Origin: an uncultured cyanobacterium
GTDB lineage: Bacteria > Cyanobacteriota > Cyanobacteriia > Cyanobacteriales > CAWCAG01
Assembly (NCBI GenBank): GCA_963793425.1
Contig: CAWCAG010000007.1
Span: 515,217 to 579,216 of the forward strand
Direction: 5' to 3'
DNA length: 64,000 bases
Below, piece after piece: positions 41,845-53,028 of this stretch. The stretch's first letter is position 1. The number at the start of each line of letters is the position of its first letter. The notes beneath the pieces were generated by a model that saw only the letters and a list, made by a program, of their open reading frames with translations, ran no database searches and was not told the DNA's origin. Both the position numbers and the translations under genes were made by a program.

Positions 41845-44800
41845 TTAGTTGTCCTTCCTCACAACACAATTACGCCCTTGCTCCTTCGCCTCATAAAGCG
41901 CTTCATCAGCCCTAGTAATTGACTGTTGTGGCTCTAGGCTGAGATTAGGTACAATTTGAGCAATACCAATACTCAAAGTAACATAATTACTTACTGAAGA
42001 TTGAGCATGGGCAATCTTGAGCTTCTGCAACTCACAACGTAAATTTTCAGCCACCTTCTCTGCCCCTTCAGCATTGGTATTAGGCAAAATAATTGCAAAC
42101 TCTTCTCCACCATAACGAGCAACCAAATCAGCAGGGCGATTAACGGCACGAGTCATTGCTTTAGCTAGTTGCTTAAGGCATTCATCCCCTGCTTGATGAC
42201 CATAGGTATCGTTATAAAGTTTAAAGTAATCTACATCGCATAATAGCAAAGCTAGGGGCTGTTTTTCCCTAGCTAACCTTTGCCATTCCGAATTTAGATA
42301 CTCATCAAACTGACGACGATTTGCTACTTGAGTCAAACCATCTAGGGTTGCTAAACGGTGTAATTGCTTATTGGCCTCTTCTAACTGCTGATATAATTGC
42401 CCTTGATGGATGGCGATCGCCACTTGAGTTGCTAATTGTTTAAGCAATTTTATATCCGTAGACTGCCAAACTCTAGGGCTACGACAATGGTGAGCAATCA
42501 TTAATCCCCATAATTGTTCTCCGTTTAAGATCGGTACTACCAAATTAGCTTTAACTTGAAAACTAGCTAACATTTCTAGATAGCAAGGGTCAATACCCGC
42601 TTCTTGAACATTATTAATGGTAGCTATTTTTCCTTGGCGATAGAGAGGAACAGATTTTGCCCGGAAACAAGGATCATCAATGCTTGCTCCTAACATTGAT
42701 ATCCAGGGGCTTTCCACCGATTCAACGGCTACCTTGCCATCCCAATCAGAAGAAAATTCGTAAAGAATAACCCGATCCGTTTGCAAAAATTCTCTGATTT
42801 GCGTGACTGTAATGTTGAGAATTTCCCCTAAATTTAAAGAAGAGAGGATTTGCTGAGCAATTTTAGCAATTAACTGTTCTCTGTTTGCTTGTTGAACAAT
42901 TATTTCTAATTGTTGGTTGGAGGTGTTAAGTTGTTCGTAAGTTTGTTGAGAAGTAAATTGCTCTTTGCTTTCATTGTTTATAGGTACACTTTTGCGTAGA
43001 TATTCCTGAGCTTTGTGAGCTGGTAAAGGTTCACTAAAAAGATAACCTTGCACTAAATCACAATTGAGGGAACGCAGAAATTCCAACTGTTGAAGGTTTT
43101 CCACCCCTTCAGCAATCACTCGCAAGTTTAGCTTTTGCCCTAATGTTACTACTGCTCTAATAATTGCTGCATCTGTTTTATCAGCAATGGAATCTTTCAC
43201 GAAACACTGATCGATTTTCAAAGTATTGAGGGGAAAATACTTCACTGAGTTAAGGGAAGAATAGCCAACACCAAAATCATCAATAGCAATTTGCATACCC
43301 ATTTGTCGCAGTTGATGCAAGGTGCGAGTTGTAAACTCTACATCTTGCATAGCAGTTGTTTCGGTAATCTCAATTTCTAAATAGGCAGGATTCATACCTG
43401 TTTCAACTAAGATAGCGACCAAATCATCAACTAAAGCAGGTTGATTAAACTGGCGGGCGGATAAATTAACAGCAACTCTGATGTTACCAAAGCCTTCTTT
43501 TTGCCAATGTACCTGTTGCTGACAAGCTTCTTTAATAACCCATTCTCCTAATTCACAAATTAAATCAGTTTCTTCAGCAAAAGGAATAAATTGATTAGGA
43601 GAGACAAAGCCCCGCACAGGATGCTGCCAGCGAATTAAAGCTTCCATAGCCACAGCTTGACCTGTTTTAAGATCAATTTGGGGTTGATAATAGAGAATAA
43701 ATTCGTTTTTTAGTAAAGAAGAGCGTAAATCTGCTTCAATACTGAGGGAATTGAGGGGAGGGTGAAGAGAAGGAGAGTACATTTGGTAAGTATTTTTTCC
43801 TTGCTGCTTAGCACTATACATGGCAGCTTCTGCATTCAAGAGTATAGTTTCGACATCAGAGCCATCGTAGGGGGCAAGGGCAACACCCAAACTTGCTGTT
43901 ATATAAACCGGTTGCTCTCCCAAAGAAAAAGGCTTGCTTAAGCAAGCTTGAATTTGCTGGGTTTTTGTTTCTATTACCTCTCCCGTAGCACCTTTAATAT
44001 TCCGTAGCAAGAAAACAAACTCATCTGCTGCCCAATGAGCCATCACATCTTCTTCTTCTAGGGTTTGCTGCAATCTTTTAGCTACTAGCTGTAATAGTTT
44101 ATCCCCGAAAGCATGGCCGAGGGCTTTATTTACCTGCTTAAATCTATCTAAATCCAAAAACATCACCACCATCAATTCCCCTGTACGATTAGCGTTTAAC
44201 AAAGCCAGGGAAAGTTGTTTGCTGAATAGTTGGCGATTAGGTAAAAGAGTCAAAGAATCTCGCTCAGCTTGAAGCTTTAAGGTTGATTCTAATTGCTGCT
44301 GACGGTTGGTTGTATAAATACGCTCAGCAATTAGTCTTGCCAATTGTAAATGGTTGTCACTCCAAGGTTGAGACTGATTTTTCTTGATTTCTTTCCAAGG
44401 TAAAAAGGATTGGCGGGGGCGGTGGTTGGGTGCAGAGTTTTGATTGCCAGCCCAAATTATTTCTGTATCGTATCCTGGACGGAAAATACTCAGATAGCCT
44501 GTATTTTCTGAATTATTTTGCAAAGAAATGATTAAAATTGATTGGATAGAAGTTGCGGCAAAAGACTGGTAGAAAGAAGTAAGCTGAGGAACAATTTGAG
44601 AGCTTGAATCCAATACATAGTAAGGAAAATGCTCCGCTTGCTTAGAGACATTTTGCAGACAATCAACAACTAAATAATTCCAATCAGAGGTTTTTTCTAA
44701 TTGGTCAATCTCTGGTTGCTCTCCAGAAGTATAACTCTGTTCTGCTTGTTTGAATTCATCTACTAGATATAACCTGCCTCCACAGCCATCTAAGGCAGAG

Positions 44801-45447
44801 ACGGTAAAATCTAACACCATTTGCCAAGTTTCTTGGGATGGTGAAGTTGCCAAAAAACTACTAACTTGAGCAATAATAGCTTCCTGACTTGCTAAGGCAC
44901 GAGATTGAGCTTCCAATCTTTCTCCTGCAATTACTAAAGATAAACGTTCTAAAAGTAGCTCGATTTCTGAGAAAAGAGCTTCTTGCCACTGTCGAGGAGA
45001 GCGATGGTGAATAGCTAACAACCCCCAAAGTTCTCTACCATCAAAAATAGGCAAGGTAGCCGATGATTTTATGCCTAAGCTGTGTAAGTATTCTAAATGA
45101 CAGGGATCAACAGAATGATAACTTTGCTGAAGATTTACTCCCGTCGATTCTGTTTTTGAGCGAGCTAAGGCAGTATCAACTATAACTCTTCCCCTAGAAG
45201 CTATTAATTTGTCACGGGCTGAGGGAGGTATATCTTCAGCAGGAAAGTGTAAGCCCAGCAAGGAAGGCAATTTGTTGTCCCGTATCGATTCAGCAATAAC
45301 TATCCCTGTCCCATCAGCCTCAAAGCGATAAATCTTAACCCGATCTACTTCTAATAAAGAGTTAACTTCTTCAACAATAAGGTCAAGTATTTCTTGTAAA
45401 GAACTTGGTTTTTTGAGAATATTATTCAAACTTCTAGAGGGGAACAT
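41845..45447 (-). CDS. multidomain c-di-GMP signalling protein (GAF - GGDEF(degenerate) - EAL - GAF - GGDEF)
   Basis: 1200 aa. The first cyclase-like domain has AADEF in place of GGDEF. EAL motif EALIRW. The second cyclase has an intact GGEEF. Confidence 0.9.
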   Translation of the reverse strand: MFPSRSLNNILKKPSSLQEILDLIVEEVNSLLEVDRVKIYRFEADGTGIVIAESIRDNKLPSLLGLHFPAEDIPPSARDKLIASRGRVIVDTALARSKTESTGVNLQQSYHSVDPCHLEYLHSLGIKSSATLPIFDGRELWGLLAIHHRSPRQWQEALFSEIELLLERLSLVIAGERLEAQSRALASQEAIIAQVSSFLATSPSQETWQMVLDFTVSALDGCGGRLYLVDEFKQAEQSYTSGEQPEIDQLEKTSDWNYLVVDCLQNVSKQAEHFPYYVLDSSSQIVPQLTSFYQSFAATSIQSILIISLQNNSENTGYLSIFRPGYDTEIIWAGNQNSAPNHRPRQSFLPWKEIKKNQSQPWSDNHLQLARLIAERIYTTNRQQQLESTLKLQAERDSLTLLPNRQLFSKQLSLALLNANRTGELMVVMFLDLDRFKQVNKALGHAFGDKLLQLVAKRLQQTLEEEDVMAHWAADEFVFLLRNIKGATGEVIETKTQQIQACLSKPFSLGEQPVYITASLGVALAPYDGSDVETILLNAEAAMYSAKQQGKNTYQMYSPSLHPPLNSLSIEADLRSSLLKNEFILYYQPQIDLKTGQAVAMEALIRWQHPVRGFVSPNQFIPFAEETDLICELGEWVIKEACQQQVHWQKEGFGNIRVAVNLSARQFNQPALVDDLVAILVETGMNPAYLEIEITETTAMQDVEFTTRTLHQLRQMGMQIAIDDFGVGYSSLNSVKYFPLNTLKIDQCFVKDSIADKTDAAIIRAVVTLGQKLNLRVIAEGVENLQQLEFLRSLNCDLVQGYLFSEPLPAHKAQEYLRKSVPINNESKEQFTSQQTYEQLNTSNQQLEIIVQQANREQLIAKIAQQILSSLNLGEILNITVTQIREFLQTDRVILYEFSSDWDGKVAVESVESPWISMLGASIDDPCFRAKSVPLYRQGKIATINNVQEAGIDPCYLEMLASFQVKANLVVPILNGEQLWGLMIAHHCRSPRVWQSTDIKLLKQLATQVAIAIHQGQLYQQLEEANKQLHRLATLDGLTQVANRRQFDEYLNSEWQRLAREKQPLALLLCDVDYFKLYNDTYGHQAGDECLKQLAKAMTRAVNRPADLVARYGGEEFAIILPNTNAEGAEKVAENLRCELQKLKIAHAQSSVSNYVTLSIGIAQIVPNLSLEPQQSITRADEALYEAKEQGRNCVVRKDN

Positions 45448-45730
45448 AGAGAGCTATCGAGGAATCTCACTAACTGGGTTAAATATAGCTATTTCACTTA
45501 TATTAACAACTATTAAGAACATTTTATTTCCTCTTTGGGGTAGACATTATGTTCTCCTTTAGGCTTAATATAGACTCTGCTCTTATGGGCAAGATTTATT
45601 TTTTCTCAAAAAAATTACCTTGGTTATATGTTTGTCAAAAAACTTAGTTAAATGTTATTAATTAAGCAACAATTGTCTTGTTATCACCAGGTTGTCTACT
45701 AAGGTCAAAAAAATCGAGATTGACTGACAG

Positions 45731-46624
45731 ATGACAAACCTTAACCATAAGCAGAGATTAAAAAGATTAAGTAAGAGTCTATTAGAGAATAGCTGTCAAA
45801 TAATTCAGGTGCATGAGCCAAATTTTACCCGTACTTTTTATGGATATCTTTTCGATATTCATCCTGAATTAAAGCCCCTATCCACTCATACTAACTTAAG
45901 CAAACAAGAAAGCCTACTCTTAGATTTCTTAGCTTTTTTCACTCAAAACCTATCAAATCCGGATCTTTTGATAGCTCATTTGAAAGGGCTAGGAGCAAGA
46001 CACGTCAAATATGGAGTTAGACCAGAATATTATCCTCTTTTCGGCTCTGCTTTACTCAATACTTTTACCCAGTATTTCAAGAAAAACTGGACAGAAGAAT
46101 TAGACCAAGCCTGGCTAGATGCTTATCACGCTATTACTGCTTTAATGCTGGCAGGAGCCGAGTATGATCCTGAAGTTTTACTTATCAAAAAAAACTCTAA
46201 AGAAATTTCAGAAAAACAATCTTATTCTCCAGAAGAGCTTATTCAAATCAGCTTTTCAGAACTCAAGCCTTCCTTACAAGAATTTGTACGTGTTTTCTAT
46301 AAAAATCTTTTCGTAAGCTATCCCGAAATAACTATTTTGTTTACTAATACTTTTATGATTAAACAAGAAAAAGTATTAATTACTTCTCTATGTTTTGTGG
46401 TTAAAAACCTTACTAAACCTGAACTACTTGAAGCTAAATTGAAGGGACTAGGAGCAAGACATATCAAGTATAGAGTATTACCAGAATACTATCCACTTTT
46501 TAGTCATATTTTACTAAAGACTTTGGCTCAGTACTTAAAAGGAAACTGGACAGTAGAAGTAGAAAGAGCCTGGTTAGATTCTTATAATCTCATTACTTCT
46601 CTAATGCTACAAGAAAAGGAATAA
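45731..46624 (+). CDS. tandem di-globin protein
   Basis: 297 aa. Two homologous halves, each with FYxxLFxxxPE...LKGLGARH(V/I)KY(G/R)V.PEYYPLF...AWLD(A/S)Y..IT.LM. This is globin-like with a candidate proximal His in GARH. Confidence 0.65.
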   Translation: MTNLNHKQRLKRLSKSLLENSCQIIQVHEPNFTRTFYGYLFDIHPELKPLSTHTNLSKQESLLLDFLAFFTQNLSNPDLLIAHLKGLGARHVKYGVRPEYYPLFGSALLNTFTQYFKKNWTEELDQAWLDAYHAITALMLAGAEYDPEVLLIKKNSKEISEKQSYSPEELIQISFSELKPSLQEFVRVFYKNLFVSYPEITILFTNTFMIKQEKVLITSLCFVVKNLTKPELLEAKLKGLGARHIKYRVLPEYYPLFSHILLKTLAQYLKGNWTVEVERAWLDSYNLITSLMLQEKE

Positions 46625-46631
46625 CTCGTTT

Positions 46632-47183
46632 CTAATTCAAATAAGTTGTACTAGTAGGATGGTTGTATAAAGGAGCAAGTAACCAAGAAACCAGAGAACG
46701 CTCTTTGTAATCTACGGTTAAATAAGCTTTACTAATATTAATTGTTGTTTCTGATTTCTTAGCACTACTTAAATTAGCACCTCGTAAATCAGTACCAGTT
46801 AAATCAGCACCGCTCAAATCAGCACCAGTTAAATCAGCACCAGTTAAATCAGCACCGCTCAAATCAACCCCTCGTAAATCAGCACTCCTTAAATTCGCTC
46901 CCCTCAGATCCGCTTCACTCAAATCTGCCGCAGTAAATTCTGCATAACTTAAATTAGCACGACTCAAATTAGCACCACTCAAATTAGCCCCTTCAAAAAT
47001 AGCTAGCTTGAGATTAGCTTGGCAAAAATTAATTCTTCTTAAGTTAAGCCAACTAAAGTTTTCATCACTAAAATTGAGTTGCTTAAAATCATATTCTCCG
47101 GCAGAATATCGCTGTAACAGCTCTGGAAGAGAAATTTTTTTCAAGTTATTTTTAGTAGCAGCACCTTCTTGTAGAAACACCAT
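46632..47183 (-). CDS. pentapeptide-repeat protein
   Basis: 183 aa. A long run of A(D/N)LxG/A(D/N)LSG pentapeptides. Confidence 0.9.
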   Translation of the reverse strand: MVFLQEGAATKNNLKKISLPELLQRYSAGEYDFKQLNFSDENFSWLNLRRINFCQANLKLAIFEGANLSGANLSRANLSYAEFTAADLSEADLRGANLRSADLRGVDLSGADLTGADLTGADLSGADLTGTDLRGANLSSAKKSETTINISKAYLTVDYKERSLVSWLLAPLYNHPTSTTYLN

Positions 47184-47274
47184 AAAAACTTCCAGTTAAT
47201 TTGAGGGTTTGTTTATTTTCTCAGTATGGAAGATAAAGATTCGCGATCACGTTCGCGTTGATGTATAACTTGTT

Positions 47275-48015
47275 TCAAACAACTTCTAGCTCATCCAAAC
47301 TAGCGATCGCTACATCAGCTTTGTCTAAACAAGCAGTTTGAGCCTCTCCCCAACAAATCCCAATAGTCCCTGCTGCTCCTGCCTTAGAAGCCATTTCAAT
47401 ATCTCCTGCTGAATCTCCTATCATTAAAGTTTGTGCTGCTTCTACCCCCAAAGCATCACAAGCTTGTAAAAATAGAGCAGGATCTGGCTTGCTTAGCCCC
47501 TGGGTTTCCACTCCCATACCCAGTTGAATATAAGCAGAAAGTTGGTGACGTTCTATAAAAGCTTTTACCCCAGCAGTAGAATCAGCAGAGAGAATTGCCA
47601 ATTTTAAATTAGCTTCAGCCAGAAACTTCAACACTTCCAAGCTACCAGCAAACAGAGGAGAAGTATCTGTATTTCCTTTGAGGTAGCGCTCTGCTTCTTC
47701 AAAAGCAGAATGAGCAATTTCTAAAGATTCAAACCACCCTCTCCCCGTTTCAGCAATATAAGCTGCTGTCGCAATTTCATTGTCTCTGCGACTTCCCACC
47801 GCCATCAAACCAGTAGGATCTAGTTGAGCATCCAAAATACCAAAAGCCATTAGTAAAGGCTCCCCAATACCAGGAATTTGAGCATCAACCATGCGCGCTC
47901 TTCTCTGCCCTAATTCTCGCAAAAAGTTTTGAGAATTTTCTAAAGTCCCATCTTTGTCAAAGATAATGGCTTTGATGTTAGTAAATGTCACATCCTGACA
48001 GCGAATAGTTGTCAT
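47275..48015 (-). CDS. HAD-superfamily hydrolase
   Basis: 246 aa. Motif I IIFDKDGTL and motif IV MIGDSAGDIEMA. Confidence 0.8.
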   Translation of the reverse strand: MTTIRCQDVTFTNIKAIIFDKDGTLENSQNFLRELGQRRARMVDAQIPGIGEPLLMAFGILDAQLDPTGLMAVGSRRDNEIATAAYIAETGRGWFESLEIAHSAFEEAERYLKGNTDTSPLFAGSLEVLKFLAEANLKLAILSADSTAGVKAFIERHQLSAYIQLGMGVETQGLSKPDPALFLQACDALGVEAAQTLMIGDSAGDIEMASKAGAAGTIGICWGEAQTACLDKADVAIASLDELEVV

Positions 48016-48045
48016 TTTAATTTTCCTTGCTAAATTTTATCAACA

Positions 48046-48070
48046 CAAAAAAAAGAGGGTTTTCCCTCTT
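48046..48070 (-). terminator. Rho-independent terminator downstream of rpsA
   Basis: Stem AGAGGG/CCCTCT (48054-48059 / 48064-48069) with a 4-nt loop. On the minus strand it is followed by a T8 run (the A-run at 48047-48054). Confidence 0.65.
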
Positions 48071-48155
48071 TTTAGATAAGATTGGATATTTCTATGGTTG
48101 CAAAGCATTGAGCTTAACACCCTAATTGCAGAAATATCCCCAAAGCTAATTGTTG

Positions 48156-49262
48156 TTACTCTTCCACTGCTACAACAGCTTCTTCAGTTGAACTTTCTCC
48201 AGACTCAGAATCAGACTCAGAATCATTGTTATCTGCAACTGCTTCTGGTTCTGCAACTGCCTCTGGCTCTGCAACTGCCTCTGGTTCCGCAACTACCTCT
48301 GGCTCTGCAACTGCTTCTGGCTCTATGGTTTCCTCCGGTTCTACAACTGCCTCTGGTTCTGAACTTTGAAGCATTTTTTGACGATATTTTTCTGCCATTT
48401 CCTCAGCTTTCTCAAAAACCAAGTTCGGGTTTTTGAGCATATCACCAGGTTCTGGCTCTAGCTGCTTGGTAGAAAGAGAAATTCTGCCCCTTTCTGCATC
48501 TAGATCAATAATCATCACCTTCAATTCATCATTGACACCAAAGACACTATGGGGAGTATCGATATGATCGTGGGATATTTCTGAGATGTGTAACAAGCCG
48601 CTGACACCACCAATATCGATGAAAGCTCCGTAGGGTTTGATTCCTCGTACAGAACCAATCACAACTTCCCCTACTTGCAAACCATTCATCTTCCTTTCTA
48701 CTAAGGCGCGACGATGGCTAAGAACTAAACGATTACGATCTTCATCCACTTCCAAGAATTTAAGAGGTAGTTCCTGGGCGACTAAATCTTCTTTCGGCTG
48801 TCGCGTGCTGATGTGAGAGCCAGGAATAAAGCCTCGTAATCCTTCAATACGTACTAAGGCTCCTCCTCTATTCGTAGCGAATACGGCTGAGCGTACTGTA
48901 GCATCTTCATTTTGGAGTTGACGTACTCGCTCCCAAGCTCGCATATATTCTATGCGGCGAATAGAGAGAGTTAACTGCCCATCTTCATTCTCATCAGTTA
49001 GAATAAAGAATTCCCTCGTCTCATCAGATTGCAAGACTTCATTGGGATCGTCAACTCGGTTAATTGACATCTCTTGAATGGGAATGTAGGCAGCAGTTTT
49101 CGCACCAATGTCAATCAAAGCGCCCCTTGGTTCCATACTAAATACGGTTCCAGCGACAATATCTCCCGGACTAAAGTGATAGTCATATTTGTCTAAAAGG
49201 GCGGCAAAATCCTCATGAGTAAAACCAATATCTTTATTAACAGTTGTTTGCTGACTGACCAT
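48156..49262 (-). CDS. rpsA: 30S ribosomal protein S1 with repetitive acidic C-terminal extension
   Basis: 368 aa. Three S1 domains (GDIVAGTV..., DATVRSAVFATNRGGALVRIEGLRGFIPGSHIS, GEVVIGSVRGIKPYGAFIDIGGVSGLLHISE), then (EPEAVA)n. Confidence 0.9.
   Translation of the reverse strand: MVSQQTTVNKDIGFTHEDFAALLDKYDYHFSPGDIVAGTVFSMEPRGALIDIGAKTAAYIPIQEMSINRVDDPNEVLQSDETREFFILTDENEDGQLTLSIRRIEYMRAWERVRQLQNEDATVRSAVFATNRGGALVRIEGLRGFIPGSHISTRQPKEDLVAQELPLKFLEVDEDRNRLVLSHRRALVERKMNGLQVGEVVIGSVRGIKPYGAFIDIGGVSGLLHISEISHDHIDTPHSVFGVNDELKVMIIDLDAERGRISLSTKQLEPEPGDMLKNPNLVFEKAEEMAEKYRQKMLQSSEPEAVVEPEETIEPEAVAEPEVVAEPEAVAEPEAVAEPEAVADNNDSESDSESGESSTEEAVVAVEE
48233..48358. repeat. about seven tandem 18-bp units (TGCAACTGCCTCTGGCTC-like) encoding EPEAVA repeats
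   Basis: Read directly from the sequence, inside the 3' end of rpsA. Confidence 0.85.
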
Positions 49263-49839
49263 GTGCGTTCAAATTCCTAGTTGTTATCTCCGTAGTTACT
49301 TTGTCTTGATTGCGATGTACGCTCAACCTTTCTTAAATAAGACCTGCACCTATCACTCTCATTATGCCTTTAGTTTTGGAATTCTTGGTTAAGAAGAGTT
49401 TCCTACACGAACCGGACTTAGCAGCCTTAGTTGGCAGTTGTTTCGGCAATGCTTCTTAACTCTATGGTAGAGCGCCGAAGAGGGCAAAGCTTGTACCTCT
49501 TTCAAATGGTTTGATTCTTAAGTTTTTGCTTTGCTGTTACTACACTAACTAGAAAGGATAGTTTAAACTATATCTTTAACTAAGGTAGCTCCAGTATCTA
49601 ACGAGCCAAAATTAAATATTTGCTATTCACCACAAAACAACATCCCTCCCTAGAGATTTTGTGAGAATTACTTCGGCTAATAATTTAGACCTAAGCTCAA
49701 GTATTTTTTCAAGGCAGGATGCAGGATTAGATATTTTTAGCAAAAAATTGTGAACCAACCAAGGACACAGAGTTACCATTGTAACTTAAAAGTAGCTACA
49801 AAATAACTAATCTTTGAGGTAAAAATTCAATCTTAGCCC

Positions 49840-50376
49840 TTAAGAAGATGTCATCATTGAATTAGAAAGATCACTATTTGCTGTTTCTGATGAGGTGGAG
49901 TGCCAACTTTCTGATGTATCATTAGCTTCATTCTTGAGTTGATTTAATGTTTCGACGAAATCTTTGATGCCTTGAAATTGGCGATATACTGAAGCGAAAC
50001 GTACATAAGCAACTTCATTTTCTTGGCTTAGGTACTTAAGTACTAATTCACCAATTTCATAACTAGCAATTTCCCTTCCTGAGCGCTGTTGAATTTGAGT
50101 TTCAAGATCGTCAACTAGCTCTTCTATTTGTTGATGGGTAACAACAGTTTTTTCGCAAGCTCTAACAATTCCTCTCAAAAGCTTAGAACGAGCAAAAGAT
50201 TCCTTGCTCCCATCTCGTTTATGCACTGTTATGGGTACAAACTCAATACGTTCGTAGGTAGTGAAACGATTTTTGCACAGCAGGCATTCCCGTCTTCGTC
50301 TTACACTTTGACCCCTTTCCGTAGAGCGAGATTCTAAGACGCGGCTATCTGTATGCTGGCAAGAAGGACACTGCAT
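49840..50376 (-). CDS. nrdR: transcriptional repressor NrdR
   Basis: 178 aa. Zinc ribbon [17 protein letters not shown]...[12 protein letters not shown] plus an ATP-cone domain. Confidence 0.9.
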   Translation of the reverse strand: MQCPSCQHTDSRVLESRSTERGQSVRRRRECLLCKNRFTTYERIEFVPITVHKRDGSKESFARSKLLRGIVRACEKTVVTHQQIEELVDDLETQIQQRSGREIASYEIGELVLKYLSQENEVAYVRFASVYRQFQGIKDFVETLNQLKNEANDTSESWHSTSSETANSDLSNSMMTSS

Positions 50377-50426
50377 AATCGTAGTCCAGGAAAGGAAGAG
50401 GAAATAAATGTATTGGTAATCAAATA

Positions 50427-50496
50427 CAAAAACCTGAGCCGCGCTGTTTTTTACTCCTTCTCTTTTTTGAGAACTAACAAAAAACTCCGGCTCAGG
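50427..50496 (-). terminator. structured terminator-like element downstream of psbT
   Basis: 9-bp inverted repeat CCTGAGCCG (50433-50441) / CGGCTCAGG (50488-50496) with an inner TTTTTTG/CAAAAAA hairpin. On the minus strand it is followed by TTTTTG. Confidence 0.4.
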
Positions 50497-50554
50497 ACCT
50501 TACAAAGGTCTATAAGGCTTAGCAATTCACCATCTTAATAGAAATGGGAAGCGC

Positions 50555-50650
50555 TTATTTCTCAATTCGGGGAGGTTCCCGAAAGGCGATCGCGAAGAAA
50601 AGTACCCCTAGCGCCAGGGTTAAAACTAGAATGTAAGCAACGCTTTCCAT
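50555..50650 (-). CDS. psbT: photosystem II protein T
   Basis: 31-aa ORF, below the ORF-track cutoff: [31 protein letters not shown]. It lies directly downstream of psbB, as in the conserved psbB-psbT arrangement. Confidence 0.9.
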   Translation of the reverse strand: MESVAYILVLTLALGVLFFAIAFREPPRIEK

Positions 50651-50764
50651 GATATATTTTCCTGATTGCTTTAATAAGATTCTATCAAGAAAAGGGATTG
50701 GTGGCACTAAAGAAGTTTTAAATACTTGCTCTAGCTAAACCAAACCCTTGTCATTGAAACCTTT

Positions 50765-52294
50765 TTAGGCGGTTTCTTTTACCCTAGTAGTTTTGTCACC
50801 AAGTTTTTGGAACAAACCCCATTCGACTTGTTCTTCGAGGTCTGCTTCAACACCAGCAAATACGTCGCGGAATAAAGTCCGAGAACCGTGCCAAAGGTGA
50901 CCGAAGAAGAATAACAAGGCGAAGACGGCGTGGCCATAGGTGAACCACCCTCTTGGACTAGTACGGAATACACCGTCAGAGTTTAGGGTTTCCGTATCAA
51001 ACTCGAATATTTCTCCTAATTGAGATTTACGAGCGAACTGTTTAACCACTTTGGGGTCTTTAAAAGTTTGACCGGATAAAGAGCCACCAGCCAAAGACAC
51101 TGTTACACCAGTCTGTTCAATACTGTATTTAGATTCTGCACGACGGAAAGGAATATCGGCGCGAACTATACCCTCTGAGTCAGTTAAGACTACCGGGAAG
51201 GTTTCAAAGAAGTTAGGCATACGACGAACAGTTAGTTCCCGTCCCTCGCCATCCTTAAAAATAGGATGTCCTGCCCAATCTTGAGCAATACCGCTTCCTT
51301 TATTCATCGCGCCAGTACGGAATAAGCCGCCTTTAGCAGGAGAGTTACCGATGTAATCGTAGAAAGCTAATTTGTCAGGAATAGAAGCCCAAGCTTCTTG
51401 TGCTGTTGCACCATCGGCTAATTCTCCTTGAACTCGCCTTTGAATTTCTTGCTGGAAGTAGCCTTGATCCCATTGATAACGGGTTGGACCAAATAGTTCC
51501 ATTGGTGTGGTAGCGTTGCCATACCACATTGTTCCTGCTACGACAAAAGCAGCAAAGAAGACAGCAGCTATACTACTAGATAGTACTGTTTCAATGTTAC
51601 CCATGCGCAGAGCGCGATACAACCTTTCAGGAGGTCGGACGCTGAGGTGGAATAAACCAGCAATAATGCCGACAATTCCTGCGGCAATATGGTGAGCAAC
51701 TACACCTCCTGGGTTAAAGGGGTTAAAACCTGCCGGCCCCCATTCTGGTGCTACCGGCTGTACGTGACCTGTCAAACCATAGGGGTCTGAGATCCACATA
51801 CCAGGACCAAATAGACCGGTGAGATGAAAGGCTCCAAAACCAAAGCAAAGCAGACCAGACAAAAATAGGTGAATACCAAACATTTTTGGCAAATCTAAAG
51901 CTGGTTCTCCGGTACGAGAATCTCTAAATAATTCTAGATCCCAATATACCCAGTGCCAGCAAGCAGCTAAGAATAAAAGACCAGAAAGAACAATATGGGC
52001 CAGGGCTACGCCTTCAAATGACCAGAAGCCAGGGTCTGTACCGATATCTCCGGTGATATTCCAACCACCCCAAGAGCCGGTTACGCCTAAGCGTGCCATG
52101 AAGGGCAAAACAAACATACCTTGCCGCCACATGGGATTTAAAACGGGATCACTAGGATCAAAAATTGCTAGCTCATAAAGAGCCATAGAACCTGCCCATC
52201 CTGCTACTAAAGCAGTGTGCATCAGGTGTACAGCAATGAGCCGTCCTGGGTCGTTCAGGACGACTGTATGCACTCTATACCAAGGTAGTCCCAT
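50765..52294 (-). CDS. psbB: photosystem II CP47 chlorophyll apoprotein
   Basis: 509 aa starting [43 protein letters not shown]. Unmistakable CP47. Confidence 0.97.
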   Translation of the reverse strand: MGLPWYRVHTVVLNDPGRLIAVHLMHTALVAGWAGSMALYELAIFDPSDPVLNPMWRQGMFVLPFMARLGVTGSWGGWNITGDIGTDPGFWSFEGVALAHIVLSGLLFLAACWHWVYWDLELFRDSRTGEPALDLPKMFGIHLFLSGLLCFGFGAFHLTGLFGPGMWISDPYGLTGHVQPVAPEWGPAGFNPFNPGGVVAHHIAAGIVGIIAGLFHLSVRPPERLYRALRMGNIETVLSSSIAAVFFAAFVVAGTMWYGNATTPMELFGPTRYQWDQGYFQQEIQRRVQGELADGATAQEAWASIPDKLAFYDYIGNSPAKGGLFRTGAMNKGSGIAQDWAGHPIFKDGEGRELTVRRMPNFFETFPVVLTDSEGIVRADIPFRRAESKYSIEQTGVTVSLAGGSLSGQTFKDPKVVKQFARKSQLGEIFEFDTETLNSDGVFRTSPRGWFTYGHAVFALLFFFGHLWHGSRTLFRDVFAGVEADLEEQVEWGLFQKLGDKTTRVKETA

Positions 52295-52597
52295 AGACTA
52301 CGCTCCTCCTCTTGAGAATAAATGTCTACTTCTACTCTTCTTTTCTTAATTCGGTATTAGATTTTGTCATAATTACAGCCTTTGCAGAACCGCAATATTA
52401 AGGGTTCTTTAACGGCTAAATCAATCTAGACAAAAGTTTCTCTCGAAACTGAAGATTATTTAAAGAAGTGTAACTATTGTTAGAGTCGATTGCAAGACTA
52501 AAACAGTTTACTAGGGGGAATTGGTGGCTGAAGACAAGGCAAATTATGAAAGTACAGATAAATTAAGTACTTAAATCTTTACTAATCTTTACTGTTC

Positions 52598-52924
52598 TCA
52601 ATCAATTGCTAGTTGTTGAGAGTTAAGTATCGTATTTGCTTTGCTTAAGCGTTCGATGGCTATATCCGCAGTGATTAAACGCCTTAATACCACCTGACCA
52701 ATAGTTTGAGTCAGAGTAGCAGCCGTAGTAACACTAGGTTTGATTTCTACCATCAAAACAGCTTCTTCTACTTGATAAAGCCACAACTTTTCTCCCTGCT
52801 CTAAAATACAGAGATTTAAACAGTTTATTTGCGGTTGGCGCTGCCAGGAATTAGCGTTCCAAAGTCCCCCAAATTCCCAAACTCTACCAACTATCCAACC
52901 ATCAGCTAAAAAAAAGTATTTCAC
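52598..52924 (-). CDS. hypothetical protein
   Basis: 108-aa ORF. No motif recognised. Confidence 0.45.
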   Translation of the reverse strand: MKYFFLADGWIVGRVWEFGGLWNANSWQRQPQINCLNLCILEQGEKLWLYQVEEAVLMVEIKPSVTTAATLTQTIGQVVLRRLITADIAIERLSKANTILNSQQLAID

Positions 52925-53028
52925 TCTTGATTTGCGACAAGATTATTTTGGCGGCAAATTTCCTTGTTTAGTATAGTCGGGGATTTCCCATAAACGCTAG
53001 TTTTATTTAAGGCTAATGCTGTGTCAAA

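Noticed and set aside
46760-47000. Regularly spaced short DNA repeats checked as a possible CRISPR array (also 27060-27250 and 48233-48358)
   Set aside because: The periodicities are 15, 18 or irregular nt with no unique spacers. All lie inside ORFs encoding pentapeptide, EPEAVA or LALDLA protein repeats. No cas genes are present.
48098-48436. 112-aa Leu/Gln/Pro-repeat ORF on the plus strand
   Set aside because: It is the antisense reading of the rpsA (EPEAVA)n repeat and the rpsA 3' end, so it is an artefact of the tandem repeat.
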